From Styela clava (lineage: Eukaryota): a DNA stretch of 64,000 bases. Shown one piece after another: positions 35,971 to 48,985 of this stretch (position 1 is its first letter; every line of letters starts with the position of its first letter). A model generated the notes under the pieces. It ran no database searches. It was not told where the DNA came from and saw nothing but the letters and a program-made list of their open reading frames with translations. Location: positions 19,840,001-19,904,000 of the forward strand of contig NC_135252.1 in the NCBI RefSeq assembly GCF_964204865.1, given 5' to 3'. Position numbers and translations under genes: made by a program.

Positions 35971-38900
35971 ATGTCGCAAAACCCATATGGAATAGTTGCA
36001 TGATTTCTGCCGCTTATGAATATCATTGTTTCCAGGAGTATGTTTTCATCGTATGTTTTAAGTTGAAAGCAAATTCATAGATAACTATTTCTGTATATAT
36101 TTGAAGTGGATATTGCATGGATGTAAGATTTGCATCAGAAAATGATTCATTTAATGTTGAGACAAAAACAGTATATTATTAAGTTAACACAGATCATAAA
36201 CTTATATATCATAGTATGCTTATTAAATACTGTTAGATTGGAGCAAGTCCAATAACAATAGCCTAACTGTTGGTAAATGGTAAAGATAAGAATTTTAAAA
36301 TGAGTTGCTCTCGACAAACAACTTTGAGCCCTGATAGTGGGCATATTATTCATATTGAAGACTTCAAAAAAGGTGCAGAATGTACCTGGATATTCGATGT
36401 GGAACCGGGAAATAGTTATGCCATTTTGATGAACGTTATGTTTTCTAAAAGAATGAATTGCAATAAAGCTTCATTAAAGATTGGGGGTAAGTTGCAAAAA
36501 GGATGTAGGATTCACCTATGTTAGATAGTCATATTCACTGATTAGTTCATATACTTTAATGTTGCAGTAAAGTGTGATAATTCAGTGGTTGCATAACTTA
36601 GCCATTTTTGAACCAGTTTTCGGTTATTTATAATAAATATTCGTACATGTTTCGTCACCTAATACCTTTATACCTTAATTAAAAGCTTTGGAAAATGTTT
36701 TTTTGAATATTTCAGATTCCGTTTCATTACTCTTTAATTAATTTTTATATTTTGCGGTTCAATAATTTTCCTGTTCAATATACTCTATCATACGCATTTC
36801 AGGAACTGAATTTTGTGATAAAGAAAACCAATTCTGTGTCCTAAATTCAAAAGACCAATGCAACGATGAACTACTTATGGTTCCGGGTTGCCAGACTTTT
36901 AAGATTGATGGCTCACCTGTGGTGGAATACAAGGGCAAAAAGACATCAAACGAGGAAATTAAAATGTACTATAATATTTTAGAATGCGAAAATTCAGGTA
37001 ATAGACTTGACGCCATCCCAACATAATTTATAAACTAACTTTATTAATATTGTCGCTAGAGGACTATTGCTTTCAAATATTTTTGTGGGCTCTATGGGAA
37101 ACGTTTTGTCATTTTGAAGTTTTGTATGATGTTATCAAATTGATAACCGTGTTGCGGTTTTGCGGTAGCATTTCAGCGATATGGTAGTCAGATTGACGGT
37201 ACAGTACAGGATTCGATACTAGTGGTTTTGGCCTATATGTACATATATTGAAGAATTGCTTCTTGTTTTCTTATCAATTAGTTTATACATTTGCATTTTG
37301 CTTTGAATTAGAACCTCCAGAAACATCAAGTAAAAACATACGACGTCGAGTACCAACAACACAAAAAACAAAACCACCAACAAGTTCATCCACTCTGAAA
37401 TCTGGAATTAAAAAAGATTCACCATTCCCAACAATATATACAACCAATAATCAAACTTATTATAATCAGACGGAGCCAGCAGTACCTAACATTAAAGGTA
37501 AGTTTAATTCATGTACAATAACACAAATGACTCGGGAGACTATATAGAATACAAATTTAAACAACTTAGCATAATCTCTTTCCTCGAAATAGCAATTCGT
37601 TAGATCGTAGTCGTAGTCTAAATTCTTCAGAAAATACAAGATTTCACTACGAATTTGAAAAACTGTAATAATCAACGAGTCGAGTTACTGTAATAAACTT
37701 TGAAAAGTTTATAGGTGATTTGAAGATTTGATTTATATCAACTTGGCTGACTGTCTAGGCCAGGGGTTCTCAACCTGTGGTTCGCGAACCCCCAGGGGTT
37801 CACGAGAAGATTTCAAGGGTACTTGGATGGCAGTCGAGTTTCTGTGTTTTTTTTTTAATATTCTTTAACAATAGAAAACTAAGTAACTAACAGATGAAAA
37901 TTAATGCCAATTGAAACTCATCGAAATTTTCACTGATCTCGCGTTGTTGTGATTGTGACGCAAGAATGCGAAATGCACAACTTTTCAGCCAAACTAGGAA
38001 ATCTCAATGACAATGTGCTGCGAGCATTGCAGAAAGCTCATTGAAACTTGAGAGGGGGGTGGAGGTGGGTAAAGAAAAAAGGTTGAGAACCCCTGGTCTA
38101 GGCTAATTGATGTGGATGAATTCTGGTCCAGTCGATTTGTATAGTTTCCATTGCTTGTTTTTAACGTGTTTGCGTATAATATTGTTGTTATGTATTTGAA
38201 GAATACATTTTTTCGAGTGCACCATAATACTAGAAATAAATGGGTATCACAACGCCAATAAACAAAGGTGTACATTACATCAGTGTTGGTATAAAAAGCA
38301 TATATAAAGGAAATATTACTGACATTTTAAAACCACGAAGAACATGCAAAACCGATTAAATGTGTCCAATCAAAATTATCATAAAAATAATTGGATATAT
38401 TTTTGAATTATGTCTTTTATTTTATAAATATTTTGTGTACCTAAGCATAGGCATATCCAAAAATAGTAAATAGACACAACGCGCATTAAAAATATCATTC
38501 CAACTTGTAAAAGAATGATGGTATTGAGCATTTAATCAAAATAAATAAGACCTCTTTGTTTCTTTCAGGTTCACAGAAAGACTATCACATGACTGATGTG
38601 GTTTTGCCACTAATACTCTTTTCTATCCTATTTGCTGTGTTGCTGGTTTTCATGCTTTATACGAAGTAGGTGTATTTTCAAACTTCCATTTTTTTATCCG
38701 TCCTTTTTTTTAAAGGAAAACGTCAGGAAAGCCCATGTTGACTCCTGTCTGAACGCGTTTGGTACTCCTGAAGTATGCGCACCAAGATGTCGCATAACCT
38801 GAACAATAACCTGGTACACAACCCGAATTCAGGTTGTGCGCCATCTTGGTGCGCATACTTCAGTAGATCCAAACGTTTTTATTTTATATTTCTAATATTG

Positions 38901-39885
38901 ATCTTCTGAACATGCCCGAAAGTTTTTTTTTATAAGCTTTAAAATGAAATGTGTAATTGTGCCACTGTCAGGAAATTTTTTATACGTTATTAGAGCATAA
39001 AACTTTACCATAATCAGTAATGTACAAACTTCGATTTAAAAAATATTCGTCAAGATAAGATGTGCAATGCTTTGGTACATAAACTACTATTCATTTTTTT
39101 TCTAAGTATTTAAAATATGCTGTCGCTATTTTTTTTTCAGACGCAAGCAGCAATACAACAAAAACAGAGCACATACGTTCCAAATGAATCCTGCTTTGTA
39201 CAAATCTGCGTCACTTCCGGTTCTTGGAGACGCAATTCTTCAAAATCAAGAATTACATGATATAAACATCAGTCGTTCACATAATTGCTTGAATCAAGAA
39301 ACGCCGGTAATGATTCCAGGAATATTGGTGAATGGAAGACATGATGTCATTTCAGATTACTCCCGCTCAGCAAGTTTTATGGGAATAAACGCAAATGAAG
39401 AGCATGTTACAAACAATTTAGATGTCAAAAATCAACTTCCAAACACTCAGGAACAAATTTTTTTATGCCCTTCCCCAACTTTATTCCGTGCTTATTCAAA
39501 CGCACAAGATATTACAAATGAAATATCAAAGGACGATTATGAACTGGAACCACATATCGTTCGGTCTTATTCAACAACTTCAGAACTTTCAGCAATCATT
39601 GCCGCTGATCATCCTTATAGCTACATAGCACACGAAAATAACGCACAAATTCCATGTTATGCCAGTAGTAGCAATGATGACTCAGTTTTTCAAAACTGTG
39701 CAACTCGGAATCACCAGTATGCAACAATCTCTTTAAAATCGGATAATGCCAATGTGACTACGTCTACAACTTATGATGCTGAGAAATATAATGGCGCTAA
39801 TTTCAATCCATACTCAGTGGCGAGTGACCCACAAGCAGGTAATAATCAAACAAGAGATGATATTTACTCTGTTGTCTCAAAATAA
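35971..39885 (+). CDS. CUB-like-domain single-pass receptor with Tyr-motif tail (gene C); 5' end disrupted or unresolved, possible pseudogene
   Basis: Exons about 36237-36487 (CSRQ..SGHI..CTWIFDV..C), 36803-36997 (Cys-rich, ends YNILEC), 37312-37497 (S/T/P stalk), 38569-38665 (TM VVLPLILFSILFAVLLVFMLY) and 39141-39885 (tail ending DDIYSVVSK*), GT-AG and phase-compatible. Candidate first exon 35971-36037 has an in-frame TGA at 36001; exon 2 has a 7-bp duplication. Confidence 0.7.
37761..38095. mobile_element. hAT-type MITE in a gene C intron
   Basis: TIR CAGGGGTTCTCAACCT/AGGTTGAGAACCCCTG, perfect 8-bp TSD GTCTAGGC. Confidence 0.9.
38761..38870. mobile_element. Short palindromic MITE
   Basis: Near-perfect ~45-bp inverted arms (CTGAAGTATGCGCACCAAGATG..). 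Related copies at 59755-59863, about 35055-35110, 16690-16880, 16990-17200, 19277-19378 and 32445-32590. Confidence 0.75.
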
Positions 39886-41149
39886 GCCATGAAACATAGC
39901 AAATAGCTTAAAGTATTACAAATGCTGATTAACAAATCGAAAATCCGCAAAATAATTGAATTATGTCGCGGTATGAAGAAACTACAAAATCTATAAGTAA
40001 AGGAAGTAGAAACTAAAAATAGCATATCGCACCGAGTGTACAAAAAAGTTTTCCTAATGCAACAGTCAAAAACAAAATCTGTATTTTTGTCTGCGAAAAA
40101 TTCTTACTTGACAACAGATTGATAATCATTTTTGCGGAAAAAAGCATATCACTGTTTATTTGCAATGAAGTCCACCTACATTTTGCAATAATTCCTGTAA
40201 TTACTTCGAAGGCAGAAAAAAAGTGTACTAATGATATCTATTCGTCTATTTATTGATGAATTTTTTATTTACTTTCCTGAGTTTTCTGTTGTATAATACA
40301 ATTTGATTGTTCTTTGCAATGTCTATAATATGTGTTTTATTTTGACAGTTCTCAAAATCCAAATTCAATCGTGTCTATGATAATAAAATGTAAAAGTATA
40401 CCGCTCCATTTGTTAAATATTTGTCATTACATTGCCAGCAATTTTGGTGACGGTGTAGCTAATGTCAGTATCTTAATTTTGTAGTAGGGACCTAACGTCG
40501 CTATAGTTGTTTAGAAGATTTATGAAATTTCGGCTTTGAAATATGTCGATTTGTATTTTTGCTTCAAAAATTCTAAATTTGCTCAATTAGAATTTCCATA
40601 GCACCGAGTGTTAATCAAATATTTCAATATTGAATTCCACACATAGGGCTTCCAATTAAACAATTTATTTAGTCAATATTGAGACTTTTAAATGAAGGAA
40701 ACTAAAAACGCTAAGATGGTATCAGAATAAAGGAAATCAGTAATTAAAAGATGAGAACTTATGAACACCAACGTGGAGCAAGGATAGACGCAGGATTTAT
40801 TAGTACAGGCTACTAAATCGTGATGAAACGCTCTAATAATAAGGCATAAGCTACAGTACTGCAGTACTGTCATCACATGATTTTGAAACGTATGAGAATT
40901 CAATATTCAGTCAGTCAGTAGTTTTTTATCACATACCGAAAATACACATTGGACAAACATAATTAAAAAATGCATTTCAGTGTGAAGAATGACGCGATAA
41001 GCCAGTGGTGGTTATCGAGCAGCGCCACTTATGAGGAAGCAAGTCTAACATTAATTCATACTGAGGAAAATAGTCGAACACAAAATACCAACGAAAGCCG
41101 AACTTTGAGTTACACTTAAGAGACCGGATATCCCGGTGTCATTCTAGTT

Positions 41150-41770
41150 CAGGGGTCGGGAACCTTTTTGGTCAAGAGAGCCATGAAAGGTACATATTTT
41201 CAATTGCATTTCCGTACGAGCCATATAGCATTTCAGGCCTGAAATTTTTACTCAAAAGACAACAAATACAATATCAATACATTTAATGTGACTTTTGATG
41301 CAGCATGTTATCGCTGTAAGCCATGAACGGCTGCTCACATGCAGCACAAGTTGAAATCGACGATATTCATCACCCTTCTTTCGTTCAGGCATCTCTGTAG
41401 TATTTTAAAAACTAGCTTTGCTAGTCCGATTTAAATATGACAAATACTGTAACTAGCACGTACAAACGTACGAAAATCTTTCCTCTATTGCTCCTCGACT
41501 CTATCGCTTTGTGGTGTCACAAAATATGTTCCAGATTCCCCTAGGTTTGTCACAATGCTTTTCTGGTCATTCTCTTAGAAAACATAAACATGCGCTGGGC
41601 GTGCGTTCTCAAAGGTAGTGGCAAATTTTCTACCAAATTTGACTATAAAAGAGTTTGAAATCTCGTAACAATAGTAAGCTTAGCTTTACAATATTAGATT
41701 TTCCTGGGAGCCATAAGCCGTCACCAAAAGAGGGATATATGGCTCGCGAGCCATGGGTTCCCGACCCCTG
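41150..41770. mobile_element. hAT-type MITE
   Basis: TIR CAGGGGTCGGGAACC/GGTTCCCGACCCCTG, degenerate TSD TTCTAGTT/CTCTATTT. Confidence 0.85.
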
Positions 41771-42494
41771 CTCTATTTAATGGAATAAAACGACTCTAGA
41801 TACGATAGGCCGGAATAACCATGGCAATCGCAGTTAATTGATTAACAATAGAATGACAAGAGAATTCGGAGAATTCAATTACACAATACGTTCAAATTTA
41901 TATATTCTTATTCAAAATATTCTTAAAAGTGAATGTACATGTGATCGTTATATCGGAAAGCACAAGATAAAGTACTGCAATGTGTCATCATGTATAGTCG
42001 TAACAAATTAGAATTCATATGCATGTATTCGTAGTATCGGACTATTTTAAGTTTTTAATGTCATGATTCATTACTTCCGTCATGTGCGTGTAGCCTACTC
42101 TCAATATAATGTACTGTAACTACGCGAGAATTACACCAAAATGCATTTAATAAAATACGTGTGTGTTGCAAAATTACGTAGTGTATTACACATACGCATA
42201 TATAGGCTATGAATCAATAGAAAAATATTAGAACACATTAGAGCATATTATTTGTTACAATTTGAAACAAGAAGATTTACTATTAAAAATAAAAGGATGT
42301 GGACATGTGGTTCTTGACATCCACGATGTCTTTCATTACCCACTTATAAATTCTTTGAAATATTGAGATAATACTTCAAGATGAAAAATATTTATGTTAT
42401 TTGCGTACAAGAAAATGTAACTAACAGTAGCATTAATATAGAACATTTTTATACATTTGAACATGTGTATATAAAATGCGACTTTTAATTAGAA

Positions 42495-45400
42495 TCATTC
42501 TGAACTTGGCAATTCATAGGGGTTCTCGTTATCATTTGTTCCCTGTACGGCTATTTCATATTCCTTTGTATTCTCTTCAGTCTTTTTATATTCATTATTC
42601 GATGCGCTGTCGGCCATGGCATATTGTCCACCTACTAATTCATATTCTTTTTCTGCCATTTCGTAATGATTCGGGGAAGTAGGAATGTCCGGGCCCATTA
42701 AATCATGTTCTGAATTTGATGGTTCATATACATTTTCCAATGGAGCATTTTTGTCATTTATTGCCATTGCATATTTGTTGTCAATATCTACGTAGCCTTT
42801 GTCAGCAAACGCGTATTGTGTGTTGTCATTATAGTCATTGTTGGCCATATTAGTAGCCATAGCATATTTGCCATCAATATCAACGTAGCCCTTATCCGCA
42901 AATGTGTAACCTGTTTCCGCCACAAATAAGTTTGTATCTACTCCCATGTAGTCGTGTTTTACTACAGGAATATCTTCATATATCCCGTTTTGTGTGATGT
43001 TTGCAGCTGCATTCTCATTACCAACGATGGAAAGATTATTTCCATATTTTGTTTGAGCATTTCCATTCCAAACTTCATAAGTACCAGGATCTGTATTTGC
43101 ATTAGTGTTGTCTATTCCGTTTGTAAAGTCGTGTGCTTCAGCGTAGGGATTCTCAGATTTAGTAGAAAAAGCTTGTTTTGCTCTGAATAAAATAAAATGA
43201 ACTATGTATTGAAATTTACACCTAATCGTAAATATCCATATAGATTATAGTCACTGATTTTGCCCACTTGCGGAAAGGCAGAAGGAATAAATATTTATTC
43301 CACAAAAAATAAAAATATAGTTTACCGTGTGTTCATAGATTTTTCATTCAATTATTTTTATTCGGCCGTATTGTGAGATTTCTTTTTAATAAAAATTAGA
43401 AAAAAAAAATAAAAATAAAACGTCTACAAGCAGACAATAAATACCCATGAAAACACATACTTAATTTTGATTTGAAATAGGGAGAATTATATGCTTCCGA
43501 TATATGTGACAAAATAGTGCCTGAAATAAATTTTCTTCAGTTTCCTATTATTATCTCCTTATACATATACATACGTAATGTCTTTATTAAAATATAAACT
43601 ATTGAAAAAGCAAAGATATTTAAATATGTACCTGCGTCTCCATAGCATGAATGGAGTTAACAACAGAATAATTAGACTTATTAACATTATTGGCACAGCG
43701 ATCGCTTCAATGTTGGGGTTAGCTGCTGGATTCGTTTCAACAGTCGTATTGGAGGAGATGGTAGTTTCCTCGTTGATTGGCCTGATAAATTTACTTCCTG
43801 CATTTGTTTCTTTGGGCGTTTTTGTCGTGTCAGTATCTAGATGACCAAAACAGTTTAATTAACTTCTAACTGAACAATTTGACCTTTAATATATTCTTGT
43901 CGTGTATTACAACATCTATAATTTGTTTATCCGACGAATTACTTTTGAAGTTTAGTGTAAGGAACATCATTATCAGAAACTCGCGGCAGAAAAGTTTGGG
44001 GCACATATGGCGAGGGGAAGAGGAAGGACAATAACGCTTAATCATAAGAAGAACTTTTGTTCCGGTTACCGTTTCATATCGGATGGGTTTGCCACTTTCT
44101 GCGTTTCAGATGCGTGGACTTGAGGGTCGAAAAAGCGGTAGTCGATTAGCGGTTACGTGAACCACCCTACCACGTTTAGTCTATCAATCCTCTCTTATAT
44201 AATTATTCCCCACGGGATGTAAACATCCGCAAGGCAACCCAAGGTGCCGAGGTACATAATACTATTCCGGATGAAATTGTGGATTACCGTATTGTCACTA
44301 TATACGAAATGTTATATGATAAATAAACATAGGAATCGCCTAGAAGCTTGCATCAATGCAAAGTTTAAATTATCTGATAATTTAAGATAAAAGTTTGTGG
44401 TATAGTTTTACGTAAGAAAACATTATAGTGAAACCAGTGTTGATAAGACTCGACACAATGACTTGAACTACCTTGGACCGAGTCATCTAAACAAAACGAC
44501 TGGACTTGGACTTGAAATCGAACTCGATCTAATACAGGTTTTGGTGAAACACAATTCACCAAGTCCATTGAAATTGAATTGTGAAAATTGAGATACCATC
44601 AGCTTATAGCTGCTATAACTCAAAATATACAGCGATAATGCTCAGAAGAATTTTGTCTATACATGTCTTGTCAATACAGTTTCACTAATAACCAAAATAA
44701 TGTTCGATTAACTAGAATTTTCAGGTTTTAATGTTACTTATGCCTATTCATTTCTTTGTTGTTTATAAAATCCACTATGACTCCAAACCATGATGTGATT
44801 TGGACCTCTGGGTGCATTGACTTACTTTGACTTGAAACTCAAAATTTAAAATTTGCTGGTGCTCGAACTAGACTCGATATTCAAATAAACCGTGACTCGA
44901 CTTGACTGGAGTCAAATTGCACTAAACACTTGCAGTGTTGACAATTTAAGTAATTTATGAAACATTTTATTGCTTAAACTTTATTTAGCGAACAACGAAT
45001 ACCTGCTTTAAAATCTGAACGAGTTTCATACCTGAACAATTGAAAAATCTGTATTTCAATTTGAATTTTTGTGCCGTTAAAGTAAAGAAAAACTTTGTCT
45101 TTAACTGTATTTTGACACCTTCATCATTCATAGATTTTGGAATGCAGTGAGATAACTCAGATATTGAAGAAGTTATTTTGTTGCATTTTGATGAAGTCGA
45201 ATACAGGTTACAAAATGGTTTACTGGAAAAACAGTCCAGTTTTTCTGTAAAAAAATTATTCATGGTATAATAGAATGTAAATTTTCTAAGTTAACGTTTC
45301 CCAACATTTTGGGGAGAAATATTGTTTTGTATTCTCGGTAGTATTACAAATATTCTTAAAATATTTATTATTTCTATTCACGCTCACGTAATGAAATACT

Positions 45401-46908
45401 TGAGCTGTACAAAAACGGGATTACAACTCGCTTGTAAACACTAAAAATGATCCATTAAGGACTGAACAAATAGAGTAGTTTTTTGCGTAGGAAGGGGGAA
45501 TGAGGAAATGCAATATATGCAGAGTGAGGACCAAAAGGATGGGGCTTATAAGTAAACAGTAGCATAAAAACCAACATTCCAACCAAAAATAATAATAATT
45601 CCTTCTTACCTTCATTTATAGTAAGTGAACCAGAGCAACGCGTTTTTCTAATTCCATCATAAGAAGTCTGTATTTCCAATACATCTATTGCTATTGCGTA
45701 GTCTTCAAGATTGTTATTGACAATCCAGTTGCATTCATCATTGTTATAGTAGCTTCCAGGATGACCAGGAGATTTTACAATGCCCGAAGCTTCTGATTCA
45801 ATTTTAGTCTCTCCAAAACATTGCCCTGAAGCCAGCTTCGATACTGAATAAAAACACAATCCAAGTTGAAAATAGCAAAAAAAAAAATTTAAAATTTTTT
45901 TTTGAGTGATTGTACAAAATTCAGAATGAATAGCTTTCAAAATACATTTACACCAATATATTCACAGAAATCCCATTTCCAAAACAACATAGTCCAAGTG
46001 CCAGCTTTGGAACCAAATAAAAACTTAATCCACGTTATCAAAATATAGTGAAATATAATTTTAAAATGAAGGTTTAGAATCTGGGATAGTTCATTCAAAT
46101 TTATGAGTCATTATACAACAATCCAGAATAACTAGCTTTTAATATACATTTACACCAATATATTCACAATAAACATAATGATCAGATACCACCTTTGATA
46201 CTGAATAAAAAACATAATCTAAACTGAATATACTGAAATAAAATTTTAAATGAAACATTGAAATGTACAAAAATTTCCATTTTCTAAGAGATTGTACAAA
46301 AATTCCAGAATAAATAGCCATCAATATAATTTACACTAATATATTGACACTAAACATAATTGTGATCAGATGACAGTAACGGAACTGAATGGAAACTTAA
46401 TTTGAATCGAATATAGTGAACATTTTCAATAACGCATCGAAATTTACGATCTTTTGATTTTTTAAGTGATTATTTAAAAATAAAAAATAAATAGCTTTTA
46501 TTTATATACATTAACACTGATATATTTCACACTAAACATACTTATGATCAGATGCCAGCTTTGATACTGAATAAAAACAATCCAAATTAAACATACTTGA
46601 ATACAATTTCGAATAAAGCATTGAAAGTTACAAAAAATCTTTTAATTATTTTGCGAGATTGATAATGAACAGCTTTCAATATAATTTACACTAGACATAT
46701 CACCTCTGACCAGATGCCAGCTTTGGAATAAATAAAAACATAATACAAGTTAAATATAGTGAAATAAAAATGGAAAAAAAGATTATAAACATTATGTAAG
46801 ATTTTTTCAATTTTTTTGTGATTATATAAAAATGCAGGATTAATAGATCTCAATAATATTCAAATTATTATACCTACCTTGCAAAATGCTTAGAAGTATA
46901 AATATCAT
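42495..46908 (-). CDS. CUB-like-domain single-pass receptor with Tyr-rich cytoplasmic tail (gene D, about 456 aa)
   Basis: Exons 46908-46878, 45843-45610, 45244-45032, 43836-43632, 43182-42495, GT-AG, phases 1,1,1,2. Signal MIFILLSILQVSKLASG, CUB signature SGIVKSPGHPGSYYNNDECNWIV, Thr-rich stalk, TM AIAVPIMLISLIILLLTPFMLW followed by RRR, and an ~230-aa tail with 19 Tyr. Confidence 0.85.
45830..46860. repeat. About 6 degenerate ~175-bp tandem copies of the intron 1/exon 2 junction of gene D
   Basis: CCAGCTT(T/C)GATACTGAATAAAA-like motif at about 45832, 46001, 46189, 46372, 46555 and 46717. Confidence 0.75.
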
Positions 46909-48985
46909 TATAAATATGAATTTCTTCGATATATCAAAATTTTTGAACTAGTAATATCTTAACTGCTTTACTATGTAATATAATTATTAACATGATACGA
47001 ATTGAACAAGAGTGGGAATACATTTCTAAAGTGACGTAGTTCCGATTCCCATATTATGCAACAGTATTGACTTAACGACGATGTAGAAAAATATGATTTT
47101 ATTTATATTTCTATGAAACCCTTGATGTGGACAATTGAGCTTGAACATATAAATTAATCACAATTTGTTTTAAAATTTTAATTTGAAGTTTTTTTTTCCA
47201 GGTTTAAATGCATTTTAGTCTGCGTATCTGAAGATTATTGTATTAGTGAATAACGTAGGAAAACAACTTAAGATACAACTTTTTTTAGTGATGTTAAATT
47301 ATTTCCTGAATCATTCCATGCGCGGTAACGTAGTCTCCAGTGACGTAATTAAGTCGTTGAATGAATGTATGCGTACGTGTGGGTTATTGTAGCTTGGAAT
47401 CAAGATCGGGGGTGATGAAACTCATTACTGGATCCTCTATGATTCATATCATGAAAAAAAAAAAACGGAATATTAAAAACAATTTATCATATTTTAATTG
47501 CATATTCACTTTTTTTGGAAATAGTCACGAATTTGAAAAAAATATGACTGGGCTTACTCTTTTTCATTTAAATCCAAACCCTACTCAAATTAAAAATATA
47601 ATATTTATCCATTACAATTTTATTAATTTAATGGTATAAATTTAACTATGGGAAGTGAAGTCGACAATTGTACTATATCCTGTTAAACAATCATGCGGAA
47701 TCCAAATATCAGAAATGTAAGTGGTTTATTTATTCAGAGCTTTAGAATTCACAATTGACCAAGATTGTAAAATACATCAGGTTATTCAATTATGGAGTGA
47801 TCATTTAAAAAATTGAGTTGAAAAATAGTATTTGCAGAGATGACGGTGATTTGCTGATTAATTAATTACCTTGTTTACGATACATGTGGAAAAATAGAAA
47901 GCCACCGAAGAGCCCACAGAATTTTTTGAAATAAAAAAGTAATAGCCTTGTAACGAAAAATACAATCTTTAACAATTGAAAATTTGGGTCATTAGCGGTA
48001 GACCTCACGCTAGAGCACTATCTTGCGGTATATCCATGGCAGCCATCGATATGAACTCAAAAATAAAAACATCAAGGAAACATAATAATAAGATAACAAA
48101 GAACGGAATGTAACATACAAAATGTATTCATGCCAGTGCGACCCGTGTCAAATCATACTTTGCACTAGAATGGATTTGCACCAGCAGTTCTTTATTCCTA
48201 GAAACTAGCAGTTTCATCTCTCTTCTAAGTTCACTTTCACTGACGCTATGAATACGCGTAGCAATCAATGAAGTTATAAGTTCATTTCTAGCAAATCAAT
48301 CATTCGAATTGAACAATCTAATTGTTTGGTATTAGAATCTCTACCTCTGAATTGAAAGAAAAAATAAGGACACATTTCATGTCAAAATAAGAAATTTTCT
48401 TAAAAATAAGGACAAAATTTTTTTCTAAGATAAAGACATTCAAAAAAAGGACAAATGGTAGAAATAAGGACGTTATGGTGGCCCTGAATATATCCCACAC
48501 TATAGTTTTGGTGGCCCACACGCTATTGAAGCCCGTCCTATTTTTTTCAAAATTTATGTGTATCGATTGGCATCTCAAAATATCTATGTACGTATATGCG
48601 TTAACGTGACTAGCTTTGATTGATAAGTTGTTAATTAATGATTAATATCGGATACTTGTCAGTATGACTGATTGATTATTCAAATCATGCATTTAGAAAT
48701 AATAAATAATTACAGTTGTCCTTGTGTGCAAATGGTCACTTATCCGACATTGGTGGAAATTATCAATGATCAATGTACTTGCAAGTAAGGTCAGTCAGTT
48801 CACTAATGATAGCTAGCAACTGTCGTTGACGTATAAGCCAGGGTTTTCCCTGTGTAAATTATCGAACTCCCTCCGCTTCGTTCCGCTTCAAACTGGTTTT
48901 ACTGTCAATCATTTCTTCGTTCTATTTAATCCGCCTCAATCCAGATTGGTAGTCATTTAGCATTTGTTAAACTGGTTGTTCCGTC

